A stretch of 64,000 bases of DNA from Neoechinorhynchus agilis. Its lineage: Eukaryota; Animalia; Acanthocephala. Where the stretch lies: NCBI GenBank assembly GCA_051530055.1, contig CM121343.1, positions 4,992,389 to 5,056,388 on the forward strand. Reading direction: 5' to 3'. The translations under genes and the position numbers were made by a program. The notes under the pieces were generated by a model. It saw only the letters and a list, made by a program, of their open reading frames with translations. It ran no database searches and had not been told where the DNA came from. Shown piece by piece: positions 47,449 through 62,700 of the stretch (positions within the stretch are counted from its first letter, which is position 1; each line of letters starts with the position of its first letter).

Positions 47449-49851
47449 TCAGAGGTGAACGTATCGGACAACAGTGAAATCAATCATATCGTTGCTGCTT
47501 TTGGCCGCTCGTCTATTTGAGGTTTCAATCATTAATGGAATTGGAATAGAATGACTTTCCGCCTTTCTTAGAAACTCTTCAAGCCGACCAATCATCCGTA
47601 TCCGGCGCAGTCTGCATTGATCAGATTTGCTCATTGAAAGTGTGGATTTCTCAAAACGAGCTCGCTCCACCGCCATCAGTGTAGGCGAAACAAATACCGA
47701 TCTAAGAGGATTAAACTCCCTCAACTCTTCTTCTTCATCCAGAAGATAGTTACGCCTCTGAAAACTCCATTCCGCTTCAAAGTGCTTCGTGACTTCCAAT
47801 GATGTCATCAGCTTTGCCATTGCGATCCAAATCCCACTTTCGTCGGATTTGCCATCGTCAAACCATTCGTTGCTTTGAATACGAATCTTATAGTAGTACA
47901 AGAGACCTATGTGTAACGCCGGGAGAAGCTCGTCTTTTCGCCGATAAATGTAATTATCGTGAACGATCGAACCAACGAATTCAATCAGCTTGTGTAAAAT
48001 CGTTACAAAGAGCTCAAATGCAAACCTCCGATTGCTGGCGCACTGTTTACATTCATCTAAAAGGTAAATAAACAAACACATGATGAATAGTGGCGTTGAG
48101 CACTCTGAATTGTCGCGCATCAGAATAACGAACGGACCTTCATTGATAAGATAGCCGATATCGTCCCTCAACTCATTCTCGCCATACTGATTATCCAGAA
48201 TGGCTCCATCGAAATATTGCTTAGTGAGATGGGCAAACACTCTACTTAAGTGAATAGTCCAAATCTCAAGCGCTCGGGATGCGCTCATACCATCTTCAGT
48301 AGATGCACTACTTATGCGGGCACTTAAAAACATTTGAAGGTTTCCTCGAGTCCATGGATATGGAACGGATATAGCGATACTTCTTACATAGCAATACAGG
48401 GTTTCCACTGCCGCTGCCCAAGGTTTATTGTTCGGCTTTAACATGTTCACTAACGCTATAAGATTGTAGGGCTGGCCGAATTGAGGCGCTAGTTTTATTC
48501 AGTAAAATCACTCCTCAATCATTAAAAAAATCATATCGAGAAAATCCACCGGGATGTTAAATTTTGACTTATGGTGAATATATTCGCCCAGTTAAAAATC
48601 ATTTGGGAACAAATCACTTTAACAATATGTTTCCTCTTTCGAAATACCTCATTAGAATAAAATGATTTTTAACCGGGCGAGTGTATTCACCAAAAGTCGT
48701 ATAAAAATTCCACAATACGTGATTTGCGTTCTTCCGTAGACAATATCGACGTCCTGATTGCGCGTTCCGATAAAAAATTAATCAGATTTTCGGTGCGATT
48801 CGCCTTTTCAAGGTTCACGTTCTCGGAGTTTAAAAGTGCAACATAATTTAATGGGCAGATATAGATCCAGTCAGAAAATTAGACAAAACCCCCCTCGTGG
48901 ATTTCTTACTCATTAAACCACTTTTTAAAAAACTTGGTTGAACCTTTCGAACGGGTTTTCTTCTTGAATGAATCTGACACTATTCAAATTAGAAGGCTTG
49001 TGATTTTTTTCGGCTTCGATAACGTCTAACCTTCCCCAATGTGAGAATGATTTTACGATTTTTACAGCTTTTTTGTAGCATATTTTGGCGTCGTCGGAGC
49101 GTTTCAGATATCTTAGTAGATCTCCATGGGATATAAGGAGTAGATGCAGAACGCATTTCATAGTGCAAGGATCCGTGAGAGTCGTTTCTGATTTGTTTTG
49201 TATGATTTTGCTGATACTGATCGTTGGAGCAACGAAATGGCATATATCCCGAGCTTCCTGAGATTGTTGGCTCCAATAAATACACAACGATTGAATCAGT
49301 TTGCCGTATTCCGATTCGCACTCAAACAGAAACATTTGATATGTTTGGTTTGTACTTATGATTTTTAGCTCATTGTTTGATCGCTCGACCTTCTGAATCC
49401 ATGATCGGTATTGTTCAATTGTACTCTTAAAGCATGTCTTCCAAATATGATTAATATACATATTACTCAATGCTTTTTCTGGATATGCCTTAAGTTCGTT
49501 CTTAAATTGCTCCAGAATTAATCTTCTTTTCTTTAACCATACAAAAGAGGAACTCGCTAATGGGTTCAAAGGGTTAAACTCATGGCGACTTCGATGGAGT
49601 TGCTCCAGTTTGTTAACAAGTTCTACCGGTTCCTTTCCTACAAATCTTCTTTCTTTTTGGCATCGATCGATATCGGTCTCTTTTGAGCACAACTTGCGGA
49701 CAAGTGAAGAGTTGACCGACATATCCATAAGAACTTGAGTTTTATTGGTAAGAATCGCTACATTAATACGGTCATCGATATCATCTGATTTTTCCAATTC
49801 AAAAAAGTCTTTCCTTTCTGTTGCACTATTCGCGCATTCATAGTCGCGCAT
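47449..49851 (-). CDS. EST1/SMG6-SMG7-like NMD factor (14-3-3-like TPR domain), multi-exon; 3' exons down to about 46830 unresolved
   Basis: IWKTCFKSTIEQYR, LISHGDLLRY, CYKKAVKI|APQFGQPYNLIAL, LYCYVRSIAISVPY and EEEELREFNPL match EST1/SMG TPR motifs; PIN domain not confirmed. Confidence 0.82.
48550..48703. mobile_element. Inverted-repeat element related to family 2, inside the SMG-like intron
   Basis: Arms about 48561-48604 and 48660-48705 are inverted copies; the centre has CCTCTTTCGAAATACCTCATT (3' half of the family-2 hammerhead); possible degenerate TSD AAAATCCAC/AAAATTCCAC. Confidence 0.55.
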
Positions 49852-49971
49852 CTAAAGAGACGGGGAAATGCGTTGGTTTAAGATTCGTCATCTAAGAGTC
49901 AACATTCATAGGACACTCTCGTTGCTTTAAATCGGTCATGGTCTCGTCGATCTATAGATATCCGTCACAAA

Positions 49972-53108
<3,137 letters not shown>

Positions 53109-53827
53109 ATAAAAACGTGCAACCTGTTTTTATCTTGTGAGCTCCTTTGACAACAAATTCAATGTTTCGACGCTTAATCCTCTTTTTAAATAGTAATAAT
53201 CCCTTGGACACCAGTCACTTTTAAATCGTTTTGGGATTTCTGGTTGAAGGAAAAATTCAAAGATTTAATATCTTTCATCAAGTCTTTGCTGTCATCAGAA
53301 AATTAATACTGATGATTTTTTCATGAGATTTCCCTACAAAGCTGGAAAACACTCTAAAGCCCGTATAGTGCACATTTAGTCGTGCTAATTGGATTTCTCT
53401 TAATTTAAAGTCGATTTCTTCGATTTAACTGGGAATACAGGTGCGCCATTTTTTGTCTGCATAATCATGTTGAAGACGTACGCGTAGAATATCCGCCGAT
53501 TTCTCTGTATAGAAATAACTCTTTACTCATAAAATGAAATTTGAAGAATGGTGAAAAGACAAACGTTTGGCCAAGGAGGTGACTGTTGTACATTTGATTT
53601 TTTATTATTTTAGTAATCTTAAGCTATAATTCGACGCCTTCGAGTGGACGCACATACCGTTATTCAAGCTTAATTGTCTTTTTTATCCAATTCAAGTTTT
53701 TTTATGAACATTAATCGGTAAATTAAGGATATAGATGAGTATAGCAACGGGAAAGTGTATACGCAGGTGAAAGCAGCTTTTAAAGTTGATTTAGAAAAGG
53801 TTATTTAATTCTAAATTTATCGATATG

Positions 53828-54524
53828 AATTTAAAAAGGCGTTTAAACTTTGTTTCCGGGTTCATTTTATAATCGAATAATAAATAGTCGATTTGATCGA
53901 AATGTTGCCAAAAAATAAGTTTAAATAATAATTGAGTGCTTCGTTAAAACTGTTATCGTTTTTAGGGCAGCGATTCGAAGCGAAAAACGGCACTCTTCTG
54001 AATTTAAGAAGGCGTTTAAACTTTGTTTCCGGCTTCATTTTATAATCGAATAATAAATAGTCGATTTGATCGAAATGTTGCCAAGAAATAAGTTTAAATA
54101 ATAATTGAGTGCTTCGTTAAAACTGTTATCGTTTTTAGGGCAGCGATTCGAAGCGAAAAACGGCACTCTTCTGAATTTAAGAAGGCGTTTAAACTTTGTT
54201 TCCGGCTTCATTTTATAATCGAATAATAAATAGTCGATTTGATCGAAATGTTGCCAAGAAATAAGTTTAAATAATAATTGAGTGCTTCGTTAAAACTGTT
54301 ATCGTTTTTAGGGCAGCGATTCGAAGCGAAAAACGGCACTCTTCTGAATTTAAGAAGGCGTTTAAACTTTGTTTCCGGCTTCATTTTATAATCGAATAAT
54401 AAATAGTCGATTTGATCGAAATGTTGCCAAGAAATAAGTTTAAATAATAATTGAGTGCTTCGTTAAAACTGTTATCGTTTTTAGGGCAGCGATTCGAAGC
54501 GAAAAACGGCACTCTTCTGAATTA
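53828..54524. repeat. Tandem repeat, 4 x 173 bp
   Basis: Units start at 53828, 54001, 54174 and 54347; copies 2-4 look identical, copy 1 differs at 3 positions. Confidence 0.97.
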
Positions 54525-55656
54525 AAAAAGGATTGTATTTTTAGTGGCTTTCATAGAACTATTCACTACAGTACTTCGTTAGCACTTAAAAGCCAAATAA
54601 ATTCGAATGCCCGAAACGAAGTATGCGTTGTAATGTAAATTTGCTTCACTTATTCTTACTTCAAATGCCTGAAGTCAAAATTCAGCTTATCCGCAAAGTA
54701 GATGAATTCTTTGAAAATGGTATTCATTGCAACAAAGTCGCGCTTCACTAAGAATTGATTAGTTTTGAAGAGTTTACGGCACTATAAAGAAATAGCGAAC
54801 AAGTTAGAGAAAATCCTAAAATCATAAATTCCATGAAATTCGCTATTCTAATCGCCTTTATTTTCATTCAAAAATCATCACAGTTGAGTAGTAAGTGCAT
54901 TTTTTTAAGTCGGCAAACATTTTAACTAACAAAATCGTTTTAGTATTGATCGAAACATGCGAAATGAAGAATTCTGAACTATTATTTGAAAACAACGGAC
55001 AGGTAAAGGACTTTCCGTATATGAATCAAAACAAAAGGTCACATGGATGGGGAAAACGCTTTTATGTTCCGTATTCTGGTCAGACTGAACTATGTTGAAC
55101 CGAATGTTTGATGTCGTAATGAGATGTTTGATCGAAATTTAAAATAATTAAGAATCTTGGTTGGCTTCAATTTATATAATCTTTAAAAGTTCGTCTTGCC
55201 GTTGTGTAAAACGAAATTTAGTGAAAAATAAAAAACATCGGTGTTGGTGGTTTGGGCAGCAAAAACTCAAATTTTTGAAGTGAGGGATAACCACTGAACC
55301 AAACTGATTGTCTTAATAAATTCAAATCTTCTAACACAGATTCTCGATAAAAAATTTACTTTTTATAATGAAATGCAAGTTTTATCAGGAACACAAAATG
55401 GCTTCTAACAATTATGCAAATAGCCAATGTATCGTGCAATGCGCAGTCGTGAATTTTATCACAATTTTGAAGATACTTAACCGAGGGGGATTTTTTGCAT
55501 TCAATCATTGAAAAAAAGTGTAGAATAAATGTTGTCGGAATATGTTTACCGATTTTGGTTCCGAATTTCGTTTTACTTACATTTCTTAGCTTCATAATTG
55601 AATTGTCTAGTCCGCTGCGAGAATGACTTCAAAAGCGTTCGTTAAATCCAGTCGAA

Positions 55657-56049
55657 TTGTCCACAAAAATATGGTTGCCTAGCAACAAAGCACATGAAAT
55701 AGAGAGGGCATGTAAAGTGATTGATCCGGCTTCTTTAACAAAGGCTAAAATGGGTTCCAGTAGTGAAATCAGCGATAGTGAGAAATCGAAACTGGCTAAA
55801 ACACTTAGCAAAGAAGAGGTTTTAAGACTTATAAAACCGAATATCCCAATCCATTACGACGTTATTGGTCCATCTCCAGAATCACCAGGAAAGGCAGATG
55901 AAATTGTTTTCCCAGGACACAATGTAATTGACTTGACTATTCCATGGAGGAAGTATATCGAAAACAAACATAAAGAATCCAAGAATCCTAGTGGCCCTAA
56001 ACACTCAGAGAAAAAACGACCCAATAATGACAATTGTTGCGTTGTTTGA
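55657..56049 (+). CDS. Terminal exon of an unidentified protein ending in a CaaX-like motif (KKRPNNDNCCVV*)
   Basis: 130-codon open frame after an acceptor (AATCCAG) ending Cys-Cys-Val-Val-stop behind basic residues; true start not found. Confidence 0.55.
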   Translation: MSTKIWLPSNKAHEIERACKVIDPASLTKAKMGSSSEISDSEKSKLAKTLSKEEVLRLIKPNIPIHYDVIGPSPESPGKADEIVFPGHNVIDLTIPWRKYIENKHKESKNPSGPKHSEKKRPNNDNCCVV

Positions 56050-56724
56050 GTGTTTCTTTTGATAAATCAACTATTTTATAATGTACATAAACAGAGACTT
56101 GCGCCGTGAGTGATTTTACCTGAGCAGTTTAAATATATAATCACGATGTTTGCTCCCTCCGTGAATATATGAGCGTTTCGGACATTGATTTTTCTTTGAG
56201 CTGATTGTCGACCATTTTATTGTCTCGTGTCGCGAAGATTTAATTTCTTGATTCAATAGACGCAATCCATGATTGCCGCTTTCCTTAATATCCGCTTCAG
56301 GTGCACTGGTTTGCAAGCTTCGTGGCTCTGGGTGGTGTTTTCGTATTATTAGCAATGTTCAAGGATTGCCATTTATTAAGAAACTCGATAACAAAGTGCC
56401 ATAAAGAAGTAAAAATTCATAGAAACATAAATCTGGCTCTACAGCGGGGAAGGAGAACGCAGCATCCATCTTTTCGACCATTATAACGCCACGACGGCAG
56501 CTGAGTGATCCAGAAAGGCGGTGGTGTGGATGTTTCCGGAACTCTTCTTGTCTGTCCTCGCTAAATATTAGCTCAATTAAAAAACTCTGTGGCAGTTATT
56601 AGAGTGTTGAAAAACGAATCGTATTATTATAGAAAATGTATGAAAGATGTTTATGTGAATCCCACCAATAAAGTTCTAGAAAAATGAGCGACGGCACTAG
56701 ACCTAAAGAATCGGAAATATTTAT

Positions 56725-59700
56725 TTATCTTTTGCTGATAAATTCAGCAATCCTTGTTTTGACGTCATCATTTGAAGAGCAAATTATTTGCTCAATTATT
56801 TCGATGAAATAATTGGACCGTAATCTACTCAGGGTTTCTTCTATGAATTTTTTCCCTCTTTCACTGTCGAACCATTCTGCAACTACTTTATCATTATCCA
56901 ATCTTAGACCGTTATCATCCGCCATCCATTGATGCAACAACTTCCTTGACATTTCTCTTCGATTGCTGCCAGCCGCAATGCGTTCCATTTTGTTTAAAAT
57001 AGTATTTTCATGGAGAAGTCTTTTAAGTCTCCAATAAAAAACACTTCGACTTTCAACCCATTTAACAATACGCTTTATGGCGCCTACTTTCAGCATACGC
57101 TGCGGACGATCGTGGAGGTCAGCGAACGCTAGTGCAACCGGCGTGTAATAATGTTCGATTTCGTCTTTAGTCATAATTCTCTTTTCTGGAACCAAATACG
57201 ATTCGTCACATGTGACCGTTGTTGGCACTGGACCACTAACGCTGCTATCATTGATTGTTGTGCCAACAACGACGTCGTCAGGGGCTACACTACGAGAGAC
57301 TGAAATGTTTCTACATCTAGCAGCGAGCTTCTGTCTTTCTACATTGTGTTCATATGCAGTAAGTCTTTCTTGTAAGGACTTAAGGTCGTTGAATTTAAAT
57401 TTGACTTGGACAGTTCCTTCAGGTTCCAGGACGCCTCCTCTACTTTCCGCGTCTGCATACATCTCGATTTGTTCTGGATTGATGGCACTGTCCAAAACAG
57501 CCCAGGCGCCTCCTCGAAGCTCACCAAATGGGAGAATATAGCATATCACCGGCTGTTTGTATTTGGTAAGACCATCCACAATCATGGCACCGTACTTAAG
57601 GACCTGATCATACATGTCTTTCATTCCACCCGAGAAACCACGCCAATTGGCAAATATAAATAGGGGTAATCTTTCCCGGTTAAAAATCTCAATTGCTTCG
57701 GCTGTTTTATAAGCAGAGTCAGGAAACCACACCTGACCAGCCTGTTGGATTCTCCTTGAAGTAGATTCATTGTCAGCAGGATCAGCTGGGTATTCGACCT
57801 CAACATTCCGAGTCTCGGCTGCTATTACGCCAACGGGTATTCCTCCTAGACTGGCTCGCGCTGTAACTACAGTTTTCGCCCAATCGGTCATGATTTCATC
57901 GAATGAATTTTTATCGAAAAACCCGGGCAATTCTTGAGTTCCAGCGAGAACTGGTCTTGGGTCGTATGGACATCTAGATGGCATGGTCTCAACGACTCTG
58001 TCTATGATATCGTTAAATGCAATAGTTATTGGAAGAGGTTCGATCATTGTACATGGCGTATATGATATCCACTTAAGAATTTTCTGAACGCCTAAAAGAT
58101 CATTCGGAACAACAGCGTGAGATACTCCATTGTTAAACATAATCGATGTACCACCCAATTGGTTATTGCTTGTGTAGACTTCGTGTCCTAGTACGCGATT
58201 AAGAGCGTTGAATCCGGTTAGTATTATATACGAATTTTCTACCTGGACGACCCGGTGACCAAGTCGGACTAGATATGAACCTATTCCTACTGCACGGCCG
58301 GTTACTAGGCTGTAGGTTGGAACCTCTTCATTTTAAACAAGGATTCGTAAACTGACCCCGCCGAAAGCTGAATCCTCGTTCGGAGAGAGGTAGCTAAGCA
58401 AGAGATGTCTCACCAGCTATAAGACCGGATCCACATAAATTTTCAACACCGAGGTTCTTTTGTCTTCCAATTATACTCAAAATCTCAAAACGGATTTCAT
58501 TTTGATCCTTTATTTTCCTAACGTCCACAAATTTAGACAAAAACGATGTTTCACTGTCCACATTTTCTGAGCTGTCAAGGGCATTTATTTCATTCATATC
58601 GTCAGGTGTCAGATACAAATACCGAAACCCCTTTGAAGGATCAAGAGAGTCATTCCAAGCCACCTTAAATCTTGACTTTACTTCATCGGCCAGACCGATT
58701 CTGGCTCCGCTATTTGCGGAGATGTAAACCCTTGGGATTTTAAGACGACGAGCGAATCTACTGGCCGCATAAAACAATGCATCCTCGCGTGTCCCAAAGG
58801 AACCAATACGAACCGTTACATCATTGGCAATCACAATTATCTCACGCCAACAATTGTACCACACATAAGTGATCCTCCAAGCAACCATTCCAATGTCACT
58901 ATTATTACCTGGCTGACGATCTACTTCCTTGAGTTCATTGGTACTGTCGTCTAAAACGAGCTCCGTGCACCGAAACACACTTTTAGCGAACTCAGGCGAA
59001 ATTTGTTCACTGGACAGTGTCGTTGAAACTCCACATGGACTAAAGCCGCCATCCATTCCGGGCTCTATTAAAGATGATACTTCGGCGGAAGATGGATTGC
59101 TTACATTCTGCAGGACTGCCAATTTAAATATCTCCGGGAAATCGTATACGTACGTAGTACCCAATCGTTGAGCCATGCATCGCTTGTGTTGAACATGATC
59201 AATCATGACGTATGGAGCACTGAGACATTTCCCATGCCATGGACCTATGCGATCGCCGAAGCTTTCAAATACGGTTTGGCCTGTTTTAGGATCATGCTTT
59301 TCTTTATAGATGCTGATGTCAAGAGAGTATCCGCTGTCATTATTTATCAGAATCCTCAGTGGAATATTAGGTCCTTCTGACTCTTTAATCACCATCTTCA
59401 GCTCCGCCTGAAGCACTCGAAGTCTAAGGAGGCTTGCGCCATATCGCATTACGATCGACCAGATAGTGGATTTTAGTCGTTGAACGTCAATATAGACAAG
59501 CGGTACGAAGCACATAAATATGTGATTGCAATAATCTTTAGGAGTTGATGAAGACAATGACGAGGCTTTTGCTTGAGCTATTTCAAGTTCGTTCATTGCC
59601 TGGAAAAGAGTTCGTTCCGCTTCCTTTGCCAAATATTCAATTGACGCTTGTCGGGTCATAAGGTCGGAATGTCTCACCAAACATCGAACAAAGTACCTGC

Positions 59701-62700
59701 ATTCACCACTTGGAAATCGAATCGAAGACCTTACTTTCACTTTTCCAGTATATATGTGGACCTTGTAACTAGAAGTAGGCATTTGCTCGAGGTCATACGA
59801 ATTCATTCTGAAGATCTCTAATTGGAATGCTAAAGCTGGCTCAAAGTTACGATATATCTTGTCCTCTGCATACTAGGATATTAAAGCAAAACCAAGTGAG
59901 TTTTATAGGTTCAAAGAATACGTACGTTGTCCCTCAATCTATAAGTCGAAAAGAGCGGGAGCTGACCCGATTTAGCGTAGCTAAATGTAAGACGCCTGAT
60001 TCCGTGCTTGACGAGTGAACCTTTGATTTCATTAACAAATTCTTGCATGATCCGGCTGGTGTTGACTTTATGCTGCATAATACCGTCGTCATCTCTAAAG
60101 AATATTTGCAGAATATTGATCTGATCCTTTGATGATGGATTCATAAACTAAACGCGCGAAATCATTACACAAATTCGCTTGGAAGTGCCGGGACAGTTGC
60201 TATTGCTCAAGGATGCGGAAAAAGAACTTATTGAGCTAATAAAAGTACAGAAAAATCATTGCACTAGTGCCTTTTAATTTTAAAAAGGACCAATTTGAGC
60301 AGTTTCATGTGAGCGTACAGGTAGTACTTACCGAAGACAAGACTGAAGACGAGCTCGATCGTCTGTGCTGTTTGTTCGTCTCAATGTATCCCGTATTTAC
60401 AGTTTGACTTAATGGAAATACTGTCAGTGTGGAGAAAGTTTTCAAGACATCGTGAAATGACATTTTGACGCTAATGATTATTCGTTCCTTTAGGATTCAA
60501 CTGAAAAAATAATCATTAAAATTTACAGATTCCCAGCTTTCAAAGGCGCAAAGGACGCCGATTCGCTCACATAGCAATTGACTGGACAGTATTATTTCTG
60601 GGAACATCCCGGATATTGCAGACTTGGTTAACGGAGTGTAAATGTATGTCGAGCCTGATTTAGATCTGCTAGGATGCGTTGAAGGTAGAAGCAACGAAAA
60701 CATGACAGAAGGTGGGTTCATGTTACGCTTTTTGAGACCAAGTGTTGTACTTGCTTGCATTGTTGTGGTCGTTGGGATAACGTTATGCTGGATTCCATTG
60801 ATCTCGTAGGCACAATATGCCCTCCGGATATAGACCTCAAGCGCAGCCTGACGAACTCTGGAATTCGAATGATAGAAGAAACTGTGGAGTAGTTCAAATA
60901 TACTCGCTTCCGATACAATCATCTTCTCGAGAACATTACGGCATATTTCATGACCATACATATCGACGGCTTCAATAAAAAGTGATTCCATCTGATTATA
61001 GCGAAGCTCAAATGGAACTTGATCAAGTCCAATCAGCAACTGACGTACTCGTAAAGCCACTTCACTGTTGGTAGCTGAATTAAGACTGGAAAAATGCTGA
61101 AATAGGTCTTTAAATTCATCGACGAAAGTTGAATCTTTAGAAACTAGCTTGTTGATCAATTGGAGGACAAGCATATTCTTAGCAGTGTAATTTGAGCGTG
61201 AAAATATAATCGATGTAACCTTCTCCATGTCATTTTTGTATTTTTCTCTTATTTCAGTAACGGATTTTTCGTAAAGTCCTGATTGAAATAATCGCTCAAC
61301 ATTCCAGTATTTGTCCAATAAGTTATGGATAATTAAACGAACATGTCCACGGACACCTTCTCTGTATTTCGCCACTAAATCGATTGCTCCTTGAATCCAA
61401 TCCCTGTAATTTCCCGAGAATTCAGCCTTGCTCTTATAGCCATGAATGATGTTCAATATCTTTTGACCAGGAAAACTAGCAAATACTGAGGTAAGGTTGC
61501 TGTAATATGCTGACATCAAACTCTTGAGCTCTTCCTCCATTGCCAAAGGAATTCTACCGGATACTTGACTTATTAGTTCTTGCAATTCAAGCAATGGTAA
61601 AGATGGGTTATCAATGTTGTCAACAATAAGGTCTATATTTGCCTTTAATACCGACTCTATAGCGTCAGGAGGGTAAGTGTAACCATCCAGGATGTTTGAC
61701 AAACATTCCACAGCAGAGTGGAAAAGTTGATGGGCTTTAGTTCCTTTTAAAGCTAATTGGTTTTCACTTCGTACCTTGAATTTCCCTTCAAAATTCCTCA
61801 AACTGCGACTAAACTTATTGTCACCCTCGAAAACAAGTCTCGCTAGTACTGCACCCATATGAACGCTGGTGCCAGGTCGCACTTGAAAATGAATGCGCCC
61901 TGATCGAGGGCACTTTATAGACATCACCAACTTCATAATTTCCATTTCGATGTAATCGACGCCCTCCTTCACTTCCTCGCCGTCTTGCACTAAATGCCGC
62001 GTAATTTTTCCCGGTGATGGAGCTCGTAGCACCGAAGGGTCAAGTCGTTTATTGAACATTATCGAATGTGTGCCCACAAACAGACGGTAGTTATCTATGC
62101 CTTCGTGAAGATATGAAGCGTAGCATCGCTCCCAATAATTGATCAACAATCCTCCATCGCTCATCCGATTTACGTCCACGTTGCAAGAAGATTTGTTAAC
62201 TTCTACACAATAAGAAGTAGGAGCAGTCTTAGTAAGATTAAGGTAAAAAGTTTGATTCTGATAAATGAGTTCGACTTCACAAGTCGGGCAAGCACAGCCT
62301 AAATGTGGTACCTGACCCTTGGTAAGAGTAGTGCAGCATGCCGACCATTTAGATTGCAATTGACCCTCGGCTACATGTACGGCAGCAAGGGTTGCATAAA
62401 GTAAATTGCTTTGTGAGTTACTTTCATCCACTACTGCACTATCCTCGAGTGCAGCTGCTGATTGCTGTTGCTTTGTATGTCCAGCCGCAGCGATTAGCGA
62501 ATCTAACCAATTGGTATCAGTCTGACCGCAGACGAAATCTTTCATTTCTAGCAATTTTATCAGGTACTCAATCGTAGTCACAAGGTCTCCTCTTATCGAC
62601 AGCTCCTTTAGCGCTATTACCAAATTTTGACGGGCCTCTTCCCTAGTCTCGCCCCAAGAAAATATGTGACCAAATTGAGAATCCGCATATTCGTGTAGAC

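Noticed and set aside
58394-58396. Stop-codon readthrough, alternative genetic code or ribosomal hopping at the ACC TAG
   Set aside because: Readthrough stays in the wrong frame and meets TGA; there is no matching GCT landing codon. Other genes end at standard stops and have no internal ones once introns are removed.
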